Positions 25,041 through 38,399 of a stretch of DNA of 64,000 nucleotides are shown piece after piece (the first letter of the stretch is position 1; the number at the start of each line of letters is the position of its first letter). Under the pieces are notes generated by a model. That model searched no databases. It was not told where the DNA came from and was given only the letters and a program-made list of their open reading frames with translations. Source of the stretch: Lingula anatina (Eukaryota > Animalia > Brachiopoda); assembly GCA_051362555.1 (NCBI GenBank), contig CM120648.1, forward strand, positions 2,767,721-2,831,720, in the 5' to 3' direction. Position numbers and translations under genes: made by a program.

Positions 25041-26499
25041 GAAAGAATAAAAGCTGGTTATTTGAATTTGATGAAAATGTTGCGTAGGAAAAATGAATTA
25101 ACGTATTCTGATATCGTGCATGCGAACAGCATTATACCATTCAAGAGAACTGTAAATTGATATTGTATAAACCGTTTTTATGTGTGACATATTGTATTTT
25201 AAGGAGTTTGCTTAAAGTAAATAAGTATACTTTTCATTTTTTTTAACTATTAAATAAGGTTAGAAACCTGGAAGATTTGTCTATTTCTGCATGTAGGTGA
25301 TACCGAGTATGTGTCGGCGGAGGCTATATTTTCATGTCAGAATTTCAGTGGAGTTGAAATGTCATGCCATTATTGATTTTGGTTATAAAAAAGCGACAAT
25401 AATTATAGTGGTGGATGATTCTAGTAAATTTTTGTCGGCTTTTGTCTTAACATTTTCAAGTCACTTACGTAGGTTAGGCCTGGTTCTTTTTCCTCATCAG
25501 TGTAATTAATGCGAAAATAAAAAAATATCATGTACATGTAATAAGATCATGCTGTCACATCATGAGACATTTAGGTGAATCTGCTTATTTCAATGTCTCC
25601 CATTATTTTTTATATTCCTACAGCCTTTCAGCCCGAAATCTCTCGGGGGCGCACAAGTTAAAATGAAACATTAAACGCACATGTATAAAATATGATATAT
25701 AATAAGGTGAAATTCACAAGAAGACGTCGCTGTTCTCCGTTCGCTACTAACTTAATGGGCAGCTACAAGCGTTGAAAACGGACTTTGACATGGTCAAAAG
25801 TTTGGACTTAAAGGAATCAAACAAGATTTTCAAAGCAAGGGGAAAAGAACTGAAACGCCCTGGTAAAGTGGCAATCGTGCAATTATGAATGTCTTTCAAC
25901 TGCTGCCCTCTCTTCTATAACTGCACTGATGTTACTATAAACTACCTTTAAAAAAAACATTGTATTGTTATTTATCATGCTTGGAATATCAATAAAATAT
26001 AAAATCTGACAAAGAAAATTGTTTTATTTTACTGTTATTTGCCTCACATAAATTTGTATTCATGGAATATTAACTTCGTGTTATATTTTTAAGATAAAAC
26101 AAATATCAGCTTTGGTTTCTTCCCCATCTCATTCAAACATTTATCTGCGCCAATACCAAATATTGGCCTCTGCCAAAGTCCACAACTGTGTAATAAATTG
26201 GAAGATGTATTTCGTCCGTGCAATAATGGATGCAGTTTATTTCACTGGAGTCATTCCAGTTCATTTTTGAAACTCGATTACAGCAACAATGGCAAATAAA
26301 TCTTACATATTTATTAACATTCACTTTCAGCTCCATTAATATACGTCACGGCTAGCGACGCCTGACAGTCAACCCAAAAGTACTAGTACTGTGAGTTTGT
26401 GTGTGTAATGTGGAATATGCGTTCTATAACTATTTTATCAGCTCTAAGGTACTAAGGGGCAATTCATACATATACTGCCTGCCAGTTTTTACATCGAAG

Positions 26500-29400
26500 C
26501 GCGTTTTCTGTTTGTATTTTGTCTCGTTTTTTACTAGATTGTATTTTACTCTAACAGTTTGTGATCGACCTACCTACGCACAATAACACAATTACATAGC
26601 ATTATACGCGACACCAGGTAAATGAAAAGAAGAGAAAAAAAGCGGAGAAACACCTTTTGTCGGACGGTCTTTAAACACATTCTGTTTTCATAACGTGTCC
26701 CGCTAAGAGCAAAACATACTTTTTTTTGTGTGTTTTGCCAGGGTAAGTCAAACGCTTGCTATTCAATCTACTGCTTTGTCGTGAGATGTTTGTGTTTGGT
26801 ATTTTCAGCTTTTATTAACATACCCCGGTACTTATCGATTTTCAATTGCAGTGACGAGGAATTGTGCAGTCAGTTGAGAAGTCATAACAGTCCTAGTAGG
26901 ACAACATTAGGGGGAGAAGAAAATAGATCCCAATTATCTGAGGTTTAATCAAAACAGTGTAAGCTTCTGGTAAGTTCATGAAGGGAATTTGTACATTAAT
27001 TTGATCATACATTTTCTAACACCGCCTGATGTCTAGTTTGTTCTTTTTAATGGCGGCCGTGTAGCTGTGAAGGTGGTGGGTTTAATTATGCACTGTCTTT
27101 CAGGGGTAGCGTTAGCGATAAAATATATATATATATTTTTTTTTAATTGAAATTAGTTTTGGACACCAAAAATACAAAACAAACACATTCTATAAATGCA
27201 GTATACATTCTTCATGTGCACACATTCACCCACTCCGTGATGAAATATTTGTTAAATGGGTTAACGGAAAAATTTGTATTGTACTAGTTATGGCGTGACA
27301 AATATGGCCAGTTAAAATAATGACAGCTGCGCTGATTGCACTTGCACTAGTATATTCAGATTTTCCAGAAAGCATGATATCGTGGGCATGAAATTGTCCC
27401 AATACAACGCTAGCTTAGTCGAATGACTGACGTTGGCCCAATGAAGGCTGCAGCCGGCATTAGGCCAACGTATGGCTGCTTATCAGCTCGACATTGGCTG
27501 CGTCATAGGCACAATATCAGTGTGTCAGCTGGCCAATGTTGGGCCAATGTCATTTGTTCAACCAGTTAACCGACATTGGACCAACTTTATGATAACGCTA
27601 GATACTTTCAATACGTTTGGGGTAGATGTGGTTGATTCATTGATTACACGAATAGTATTTTTAGGTACAATTCCTTATCTGATTCAATACAAGTAATGCG
27701 CTTATATTAATTACAACGGGATTATTAGAAGTTCTTTCTGAGTTAGAAATAATGTGCGTGTATTAATTGCACTTACTCGTAACATAATACAACATTTAAA
27801 ATTTTTCACTGATTACCTATTTTTTCAAGTAAAAAAGTGACATACTTTTTCTTATTTCAGTCAGCTTTTGTCCTCTTAACAGCATTTGCTAAAAAATGGC
27901 CCTAAGTCACAGTGGAATATTGCCCAGAGGAATGAAAGCGGGTGGTAGCATCGCCGCTAGAAAGGGGTCAACAGGGGCTGCCAAAACGCCGAGACAATCA
28001 CAAATGGACCAAGGACAGAAAACAACCTGTCAGAAAAAGCTACACGAGTTCCTCGATGCATGCGAAGTTTTCGCCCAGTTTATGCACTGTATACGTTTCC
28101 CAAACAACGAACAGAGGAGGGAAATACATGATAGGATTTTGAACGACCTTCGGGTGCCTTATTCAATTTTCAAACACCGAGAACAGAGACTTATTTTAGG
28201 AGATCGCGTTACTGAACTCGGGTTGGTCCCCTTGTTGGTTAAATATTACGAGACTTCATTGAAACATTTTCGTCTAAATGCAGTGACATGCTATAGGAGT
28301 GACACGGCGTGGACCACTGAACTGAGCAATTTGCGGTCTTTTTTCTGGGACTACAGTGATGCCAGTCCACAATTTGCCGAGCAACTTGCACGCTCTGGCT
28401 ACTTGAAGCTCATGATGAGGGACCTAGACGTCATACAGATTGGGATACAAAACGACATTATTGATGAAAGTGTACGTCGATTTTTTCAACACATGTTTTG
28501 TTCAAACACTTTGTGGTTTATCAAATTTGATAAAGTATTCTTTCATTTATGGTCATCCATAAAACCTTTCAATAACTACGCATTTGTGCAAATCTATTGT
28601 GATGAACATCCTTGTTTCTACAAATTGAATATTGATAAAGAAAGACTTACATTTTCAAAAGAAAGTATAATGTTGCATTTTGATTAAGTGAAATAGAGGA
28701 TATGTGAACGTACCAAATGTGTAATAATCATGAAACGTTTTTATTCTTGTTTTATAGAACAAAGAGACATTGGAAGCCGTTCAAACCGCCATAGCTCCAG
28801 TGTACAACTGTTCAAGGCTCGAGATTACAAAAGACATTTTCCGTGAACTTAACGTCGTGGAAAGAATCAAACCTTACTTACAGTCATGCGATGCCAGTAA
28901 GTTATATTCTTAGGAACAGAATAAAAGCTATTTAATTTATTGACTGTTTGTGGTTTTACATACAAATATATTAAAATATATTTTGGTCTGACTTAAATAA
29001 TATTATCTATTAGTATAACTGTAAACTAAATTCTATAGGAATAGTGAAATAGTCTACCAGGTACCATGGTAAAGTAGATTTAAGGGTGGCTATCAGTGTC
29101 AAAGTTTATGATGGTTTTCTCCTTAATCTTTCGGTCAGGGTTGTGATAATTTGCGCGTGTCCCGTGTCCTTAAATACAAAAACACGGACTAGTACTTTAT
29201 AATCTAGCTGAGCACGTTTATTCCAGAGATAAAAGCGGAAGCGACCTTAATAAAATGGTACATCATAGAAGAAGAACAAAACGATTTGCTGACAACAGAC
29301 GAAACCGTTTTCGAATTTCTCATTAACGGGCTGAAGTGTGCGCTGGATGCCGAAAATAATAGATTCAGAGGATTATCAACATCTGAACTGGCTGAAGGAT

Positions 29401-30047
29401 TGGGGGTACTCGCTAGAAACGACAAGAGTAAAGCCGCCATAGGACAACATGGCGCCTTACCACTTCTGTCTAGAATGCTGGAGTCAACTGATGAAGAAGA
29501 TGTAGAACAAGCAGCAAAAACGCTGTGGAAACTTTCTTTTGTTCAAGAAAATAAAGCAAAAATAAAGGTAATTTTCAAAAAAAAAAAAAAAAAAAAAATA
29601 GATTGAAAGCAACTGATATTTTTGGATCAAATGAATTGTAGAGATTTGCGATCGATAAATATTGATTTATATAATTTTTTGATAAATTATTCAAGTTGAT
29701 GCGTGACATTAAGTGACATAATGCGTTTTACTGCAAAAGATTCAACGGTTATCCCAAAGGCCACTTTATTTGTAAGGAAGTGACTCTCAACATTTTTTTT
29801 TGTATAAATACACCTACTGTTTAATGTGGATAACTGGGTAAACCTTATGGAATATAATCTCCAAATTTCAATTGTTGTCTATTTCTAGGAAGATACAAAG
29901 TGCGTAGACAGGCTTCGAAAATTTTCTCGACATTATCGTCATGAAATAAAGAAAGCCGCATCAGGAGTGTTATGGACACTTGAACAGGAATTAGGTAGGT
30001 AGAGGTTCATTACTATGTAGAATAGGGTTAAAATGAGAATCGTTTAA
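26500..30047 (+). repeat. Segmental duplication, copy A (promoter, 5' UTR exon and ARM exons); paralogous to ~38400-42150
   Basis: Colinear similarity through non-coding sequence, e.g. GGTCTTTAAACACATTCTGTTT.CATAACGTGTCCCGCT.AGAGCAAAACATAC in both copies; same UTR donor (CTTCTG|GT at 26970 and 38884) and same intron positions and phases. Confidence 0.92.
27364..27621. mobile_element. Degenerate MITE with internal GTTGGCCCAA repeats (CACTA/EnSpm-like), also present in the paralog at 39281-39541
   Basis: CCAG...TGGG termini with direct and inverted TTGGCC(C)AA motifs; the same position in both duplicates means it predates the duplication. Confidence 0.55.
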
Positions 30048-33000
30048 GGATATTGTAACCCTTTATAATCATCCAGATACTGAAAATGAGGTTCTTCCTG
30101 CATCTTATTATTCAATAATGTACTGATTGTACTGATTTAAAATAAAAAACCCCGTAAATATAAAATATCGGCGTTTATATTTCTCGTTGCAATGTATAAG
30201 CAAAGGCAACTCTAAGATTTTATCGTTAATTTAACACCTTTCTCTTTTGAGGTGAGATAGCAGTCGGTAAGGGGGATCAATATTTTATCACGAAAATTGG
30301 CAGGCTTGACCTCGAGTGTATACTCTGCAATTCTGTGCCATCATTTTTTTTTGTTATGAGTGCCTAATAACAGATTTTCATCCAACAAAGGCATGGTTTA
30401 CTTTATCAACGATAAAATCTGAACTAAGATTTTAAGAAAAATTGCTGGCATAATTTTGGATTACTAAATGGTGTTATTAAATCGGCATAGAAACGGTCAT
30501 CGTGGGTGCTCATGTAAAAGAGAAATTTGCAAAACCGATTTTTCAGTTTGTACCCCAAAATCGCAATTATGACGTCACCCGTAAGATCTGATAATTCATT
30601 TTGGGTAAAAATTGTATGTTAAACTAATTGGTTTTGAGTCCACATCTTGCAAAATTTAATTATTTTTACAGACACTGTACGGTTACAAGAAGACACAAGC
30701 ACAGATAACTTAAAGTTCGCACTGGTTGCATCAGGAATCTGCATTCAGAGGTTCAGTATGGACCATCATGGTGGCTTTGTTTATTTAAAGGAACTAGGGG
30801 TCACACTTGTGGTACCAAGGGGTTCACTTCCTGAAGAAAAAGTGATAGAGATGTACCTTGGAGTTAGCTGGAAGCCAGGAGACAGCCCTCATTTGACAGG
30901 AAAGCAGACAAGAACAAGCCCAATTGTGGTATGTGGTCCTCACGACTTAACCTTTCTGAAACCAGTTTATCTGAGTTTTCCTCACTGTATTCAACGTGTT
31001 GAAGATGCAGGGACAGAGATGACGTTCTGGACATCAAAAACTGACCTGCTGGGGAGTTGTCAGTGGATAACAGATGAGAACGACCCTGTGGTGTTCTACA
31101 GCCAAACCAGGTACAGATCATATGATATGTACTATATGAGATTTAATTATGAGTTTTAATTACAAAAATAAACAATATTGAAAATAAAATGGATTAAAAT
31201 GTTCTTGAAATAAGAGTTGTTTTTAATAAGACACAATATATACAATTCCAGATTGTAGTGAAAATGCAGATATAAAAATTGAGTGTATCCTGTGGACGGG
31301 TATGCAGGGTGCATACACTGCCCCCCCCCAAAAAAAAAAAAAAAAAAAAAAAAAGCCTGCATTAATGTGGTATTTTAATTTCTGAAAGTATTTGATTCAA
31401 GTTAAACTTTAAATACCATTTATATCAAATGTATATTGCTGTTTGTGTACATGGGCCGGACACACTTTTGTCTTTTGGCTCCAGGTGTACCGCAGCTTTG
31501 TGGAACCTGTGTAAATACACCACGTCATCCAATAGAAGAAGAGTGCTGGCTGCAGCATTTGGCGAGTTTGATCCAGGAACAAACCTGCTTCAGATTGCAG
31601 TTAACTGCATCAGTGATACTGCAGATGAAATTACGGTAATGCTACATGCAATTGTGAGGCAAATATTCGTTTCAAATTCGATTCTTTGATGTGTTAGTTG
31701 TGACACATAATTAGTGGTATATTGTGTTAGTTACGACACATCATTGAGGTTACATATTAAGGTTATACATTCCACTTTGCGATGGGTCTATTTCCTCTCA
31801 CTTGGCGCTTTTCTTCATAGACCCTTCAGGACAGTTAACCATGTGTTTAATATACCACCTTACTCACGATTCAGGTTCTAAGCAGTTGGATGGAAAGGAT
31901 GGGTCTTAAGCGTATAGTACTTGATGGATTCTTCAGACTTTACATCTGTCCCCATGGTGATGGTGACCAAGGTGATGATGACCATGACAACAATGAACAT
32001 ATTGTTTGTGAAGATGATCATGATATACTGGTCACCATAAAGGACTTTCAAGGATGGACTTTGAGAGGGGAAGATGAAAAGGTATAACTTAGAGTAAGGT
32101 TCTTTCAAGAATGTAAACATATCATAAGACATTATTTCACAAAATTTTCAAATTTTTTTCCCAGTATTAATTTTGTAGAAACAATTCGTGTGTATCTACA
32201 TGTTGTATAGCAATCACGCATTTTAACTATTTACGCAATTTATAATATACCATGTGACTATTATGCAATTACTGGAGTGATTTATGACCTTAAGTGTAGG
32301 TAAAGTGCAAATAGCAGCTTTTTGGATACTTTTCTTGAAGTTATGCATTAAAAAATATTTGTACGTGTAAGACAAATGCGAATAGCAGCTTTTTGGATAA
32401 TTTTCTTGAAGTCATGCATTGAAAATATTCGTAAATTTTTCATTTTCCCTAATTGGAATTTCAAGTTGTGACTGTAAACCCTTATGGGCCAGAAGCACGA
32501 ACAGTAAAATTTTCTGGATATCCACATTAACAAAAGTACTGCTAAATGTTATGTAATATGGCATCATGAATGACAAAAAAACTTTAGTTTGTACATTGTC
32601 ATTGATACAGGATTAGTGGATGGCTGCGTCGGTACATTCTTAACTTAAAATCTATAATATAAGAGTGATTCTTTACTCTTCTGTATAGGCCACAATTAAA
32701 AACCAGCTTTGCTGAACCATTTTCTTGAAGTTATGCAATTGTTGGCTATTTTTTTTGCATCCCATCCCTTACATATTGGCTAAATCAATGGGTGATTCTG
32801 AAATCTGTAAGCTTGAAGCCTTATGCTAATTGCATTTTCTGAATGTCCATGTTACCGGTAGTACGTAAGCTAAAACTGGTGGTGATTATACTGTAAAGCA
32901 TTGTGCAACATTGCATCAGAGCTGACTAAAACTGTATTATGTGCACTGCCACCATAAGCATTATAGAATGTAAATTGTGTTCCCTATTATTTTAATCTTT

Positions 33001-35972
33001 GGTTTATTTTCTTAAAGTGATGACGAAAACTTCATAAACTGTTTTAAGCTTTCTTAGTGTGTTGAATGCTATAATTTTTGTGTAGTTTTTTATCTTCGTT
33101 TTAAAACAAATTGTTTCTAGTAACAGTGTATTATTTATTGTAGGCATTGGATTACCAGAAGATGATTGATGAGAGCAGACCTTATTGTACCTTTTCTTTG
33201 AACCCTGAATCTACAACACCATGCCCAAAGATTTTCACCGGCAAAATATTGGTGGCCCAACAGGGCCTTAAGGGTAGAGAGGCAAGGTTGTCGTCAGTAG
33301 AGCTTGATGTGTGCCGCCCTTTACATGAGGTGATGACATATTAAGATGTATTTGGTAGTGACATCAGTGTGCTTTTGGTACATACAAAATTGTATGAGTT
33401 GATTCTTAGTGAGATATAATGTTCTAGCTTATATATTTGAGAGCCATCAATGTAAACAAACCCCTGTGTTTTCTTGGAGACGAATTATCATCCTCCCCTA
33501 ACTTAAGAATTTTTTGTTTGATTGAGTAATCAATTTATAGACAAGTAGAGTTTGCAGGTCATCATCGTCACATAATAATTTTATTGATAAATAAGTACAA
33601 ATTAATTTTAATTGTTAAGTATTCATACAGTACCCTGGGTACAATGGTACGCAAAGTTCCTAATATTGTACTACATACTCATGGACATTTTGATTGTAAA
33701 ATGTTATATACACATGAAGTGAATATCTGATAATATCTTTCAGATAACAAAGGTACCTGGCACTGAACAACTCGGCATACAAGCACTCCAGTCTTCAAAT
33801 CCAGATACAAGGCTATTTTGGGGAAACCAGCCACAGAGGACCATAGAACCTTTGCAGCAGCAGTCAGTCCTAAACTCATCATCACCAGGGACCTCAGGAC
33901 CTCTGCAGCTACATTCGGTTTTGAACCCATCAGCGCCCCACCAGTGGGATCTTCCCGCCGCAGGGCTACCCTACCACCTCGCACATGGTGTTGAGGCATT
34001 TAAGCAACACCAACAACCACTCGAACAGTATGTCCATCACCAACCACCACAGTTGCATGGCGGTCATAATCCACAAACAATACCACATCTACCCCAAACA
34101 ACACATTATGGTGGTCCAGATCCTCGTCAAAAGCAAAATATTGCTATAGCAGAGCCACCATTTCCACGGGGATTGGTAAATTTTCCACAAGAACAAGCGA
34201 AACCAAACATGCTTATGCAGCAATTGCCTCAGACATGCAATAACAAATCACCAGGGGAAATTTCCCCATCAGAATTGAATTTACCCTCTCTGTCAATTCC
34301 AGCTGGTGACCATGGGCAGTCAGATAGCACTTCAATCATCACACCCGAACCAATATCTGGCTTACCTAATGCAATGGCACAATCAACGCAACTAATGCTA
34401 GAACAACAGAACTCAGCTGAGGTCAGCATCCCATCACCACAAAACAATCTTGAGCAATTAAGCTTGTCAGAATCTGCCGATCCGTCACCTTCAGGGGACA
34501 CCAAAGACCACATTCACCCGCTCCCAATAGATCCTATGCGAGTTTTACACAATGTATCCAACGTGCCATCAGTTACACCTGAAGGCCATATGGGAAAATC
34601 TGTTCTAAACCCAGAGCATCACCCACAGGAAGTTGCACAGTCATTTATTATAGCACCACTACGTGTTTCGCATTCTTCCGCTGTGTCTGAGACGGCATCA
34701 GCACCAAAAAACCAAGATTATGAGGCGTATCCAATTGTTGAAACACCATCTCAACTAGAAATTTCACAACAACAGCGACACTTTCAAGAAGAGCTACATG
34801 CGCAGCACCATCGATTCCCACAGCTTTCATCGCCACCACTACAACAACAGCAGCAGCAGCTCCCACACCCCTACGCCCTATATGCTGTATCTCAGCACTA
34901 TGGCAGACCAGATCTTTCTCAGCCACTCTGTACAGCTGCACCGCAAACAAACATGACTGTTGCATATGGTTGTGGTGCTGCTGCCAGGTGGACCGAGACA
35001 GCAGGGCAACACAATGTCTTTGTTCAAAATGTAGGCCGGCTTGAAATTCATCAAAATGGAGATCGGGAGTTGATGGGTGCTGCACCACCAGCTCATGTCC
35101 ATGTTTTGCAACGGTATCTGCCTTTGGGGGCAAAAGGACACTTGGATCGTTTTCTTAAGATCCCACAGGTGTGGGAGACTATTATATGTCAACTCCACCT
35201 ACGGAATGCTGGTTGTCCTAAAGAACCTGTCGAATTTGTCTTTTGCCATTTACAGGGCTCCTTTCAGCTACTTATATGGCTGTTGCGGAAAATTGGCGAG
35301 GGAGTAAAGAAAATCGTTGAACAACCTGAAATAGAAGTCCTGATTGATGAAGTTAGAGTAAGTTTCCTCTCACTCATAAAATAATGTTAATTTTATGGGG
35401 GTAGGGTAATACGTAAACATGTAAGTTGTTAGGTAAGAAGCAAAAAGAAACTTTTTGTTACCTTAAGCAGGGATATATTTTCACTATAACAAAGAACACT
35501 TTTATTTTCAAAATATTTTTTTGCATGTGCTTGACAATGGAAAATAAAGGTGATATACACCATGCTTTTTAGTGCCCTTTTATTTACTTTTCAGAAAGCA
35601 AGGATTCGTGAGGTTGAATGTGAAAATCTGCGCAAAAACCTGTCCTACATAGCTGATGAAGGGTTTAATATAAGGAGATTGTTAGATTTCCTTTTTTCAA
35701 AGGGCATCATCAGTGATTCAGATATGGATAAAATTAAATGCCAGCAAGCATCATCAGAGAAGTGCAGTCTACTATTACATAAGATATTGAAGTGCTCAGT
35801 GGATAAGGATCCCGTGGGGCACCTGCGGCAGTGGTTTGTTGACGAGGACCGACGTGATCTGGCAGATCTGCTGGTAGTGAACCCTGAGGATATACAGGGA
35901 TCGTATGACCCAGATGATGCCCTAAGACCTGATGAATACCAGGATGGACATCTCGCACTCAGACAAAATTGA
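27896..35972 (+). CDS. ARM-like repeat, ZU5, UPA-like, P/Q-rich, Death-like and CARD domain protein; exons 27896-28471, 28758-28896, 29227-29567, 29889-29994, 30672-31110, 31485-31635, 31875-32081, 33144-33329, 33744-35357, 35595-35972
   Basis: All ten exons join in phase with GT-AG. ARM-like: ELAEGLGVLARNDKSKAAIGQHGALPLLSRML...AAKTLWKLSF...AASGVLWTL. ZU5: GGFVYLKELGVTLVVPRGSL...SPIVVCGPHDLTFLKPVYLSFPHC. CARD: LRKNLSYIADE..IRRLLDFLFSKGIISDSDMDKI....EKCSLLLHKI...RRDLADLL. The UPA and Death-like calls rest on position and a loose pattern and are weaker. Confidence 0.8.
32311..32740 (+). repeat. Three ~40-bp intronic direct repeats (32311, 32382, ~32703)
   Basis: CAGCTTT..(GGATA)..TTTTCTTGAAGT.ATGCA occurs three times. 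Confidence 0.7.
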
Positions 35973-36218
35973 GAAGTCCTGTAGAGCTAACCGTGCATCT
36001 CTCACCATATGTGGCATTTCACTTTCTTCGGCTACAGATGAAAAACTTCCAGATTTTTTTCATCTGCAAATCTGAATATTTTGATGCCGTGGAGCTGTAC
36101 TCATGCCCTTTATACCCCGGTATAAGGCTAAAGGTACTTGGTGTTTGCATTTTTCAGGATTTTTAAAGGTCCACTTTAATCTCTGTTGAGCAGAGTTTTG
36201 AAAAAATATATGATATAA

Positions 36219-36219
<1 letters not shown>

Positions 36220-36255
<36 letters not shown>
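36220..36255. repeat. (ATT)n microsatellite
   Basis: Direct reading. Confidence 0.95.
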
Positions 36256-36257
<2 letters not shown>

Positions 36258-38399
36258 TACAGCGTCTTTATGTGAAAGCTCTAATTTCGTCAACCAAAAT
36301 AATTGATAAACTTAGTTTTGACAATGCCCCCATCTAGTGGCTGCACAAAGGCAGACAAGAAGCAGTCAAAATTCAGGAAAACTTCATCAGCTTTGTTGTA
36401 TTATGTCATTTCAGGTTTTTATAGATGTCCACATTATGAAAATGATAACATGTAAAGTGTGTGGAGTTGTGACTTAAATATTTGTACAGATATCTGTACT
36501 ATGCGATGTATATTCTTTACAATTTATGGAGTGATTTCGTGTATTCATAGATAAATCTACACATACTCGGAAGTACTCTTTTCTCTGTGGTTACTATATG
36601 CAGTCAGCTACCAAACCCTTTGTTGATTTATTTTAAGATAATACTGCTTCAGTGAGTTTTTGTAAACAGCATATAACTGGTTAAAGTAACCGTTATATAG
36701 TTTCTATAAAAAGATATTAATTGTTTTATCGAAGCATGTATTTATAAAGAGAAATCTGGATTTTAGCTCAAATAATATTTTAATAGTGAGTTTTGTATTT
36801 GCATCGTATATGAAAATTCATTAATAAATTTGGACAAATACATTGTGTCGATCACGACTTGATGATTGAAAAGTGGAAATAATTCGACTGCAATCCCGTT
36901 GGTGTGCGTGTTCCAAAAGCTAGTCTGCTACCTGTAGACTTGGCAAGTATGTATTGAACAAAGTGATCAAAGCAAGTACCCTAGCTTCATAATCCCTTAT
37001 ATCGTCTCAAACCATTTCCATAATCTCGAGTTCAGTTTCTGTTTAAACATTTGATTAAAAGAATGTTAAATAATAAATATTGAATACTAACACCTCGTGT
37101 GGTCCGTTATTTCATGTAATAATGGCAGGTATGGCAGCGGCGGTTTCACAATGGGCATATGCATTGTTTATCCCAGGAAGCAATGCAAAAGAGGTGGACA
37201 TCTCACCTGCGGGAAGTTGGCCTATACCAGTAGTTAATACTGGGACCGAAATCATAAACCGATTTCATCATCTATTTTAAGACCGCCGTTTTTCATCTTG
37301 ATTCGTCATCACAATGTTAAGTACAGTAGATGTGTGGGTGGATTAAAATTCACTTCCCAGGCTTCTAAAGACAACAAGCTTGAGGAGTGAATTTTAATTC
37401 ATCCATCTTGTGCTTGCAAAAAAGGGCAGTTTTGATAAAGTTGATTTTATGATACCTTATTCAATACACACAATACAATAAACAACTCCAGTACATAAAA
37501 ATTCTTAAAAACAAATCAGCGTTGCACAGGGACTACCACGCATTACTGCATTGAGATTAAAGTGGATTTTAACTACCCTTCCCCACAACACTCAATTTGT
37601 CCACTGTCCACTGTCAACCCCCATTTTATACTGAACAGTGCTCTCCGCAGTGCAAGATTTTCGGTCCACGATTCTTGTAAGTGGTATTGAATCCATACTG
37701 GATCTCTGTTGTTAGTTTTTAGCATTAACATAAAAAACAGTCGGTAAAAAATGATCGTAATTTTTCTGAAAGGTAGGATAGGGAATATTATTGCCATGCA
37801 TATACCCCGTTTACATTACTGCAATATTACCGAGAAATAGTCACGATTCGAATAGTTGCTACAGTGTGGCATGAGGAATTCTGATTACCATGCAATTTGT
37901 AAAAATCCTGCTGGCAAAAGACCCCTGGTTAGGGCGCACGTGTGCGCTCAAGAGTATATGAGTGCCGAAAGTGCCGAGTTAAACTTGATATTATGATTTA
38001 AAAACAATCGAAAGAACAAACAAACAAACGATTAAACAAACAGACAAAAACAAACAACCCCCCCCCCCAAAAAAAAAAAAAAAAAAAAAAAAAACGCACA
38101 GTTCGAAAAGCTATACAGCTATACATATTTTATGTATGCATATGTTTTTCTGTGCAGCGCATGCGCAATTGCTCAAACAGGAAACTGCACCTGTGGCATA
38201 CGGTTAATTAAACTTTGCTGTGTGTGTACGGGAAAGCGAATCGATTTTTAACATAAATTTTGAAAAGGATAAAGGCCTACTCGGATTTTTTCAGATGGTA
38301 GTGTAAATGGGATATCATATACTTTGAGAGCTATTACTACATGTAGCTCAAGGTTGTCGAAGACTGATGGTCAACCACAAAGCAGCTTTGATATCGTGG

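Noticed and set aside
30077-30090. Possible micro-exon in the ARM-ZU5 gene
   Set aside because: Weak donor, and its 14-nt length would shift the frame; the flanking exons already join in phase.
34229-35198. Antisense ORFs of 94-161 aa
   Set aside because: Shadows of the long plus-strand exon.
37100-37900. Possible non-autonomous transposon between the ARM paralogs
   Set aside because: No TIRs, TSD or second copy could be defined in the window.
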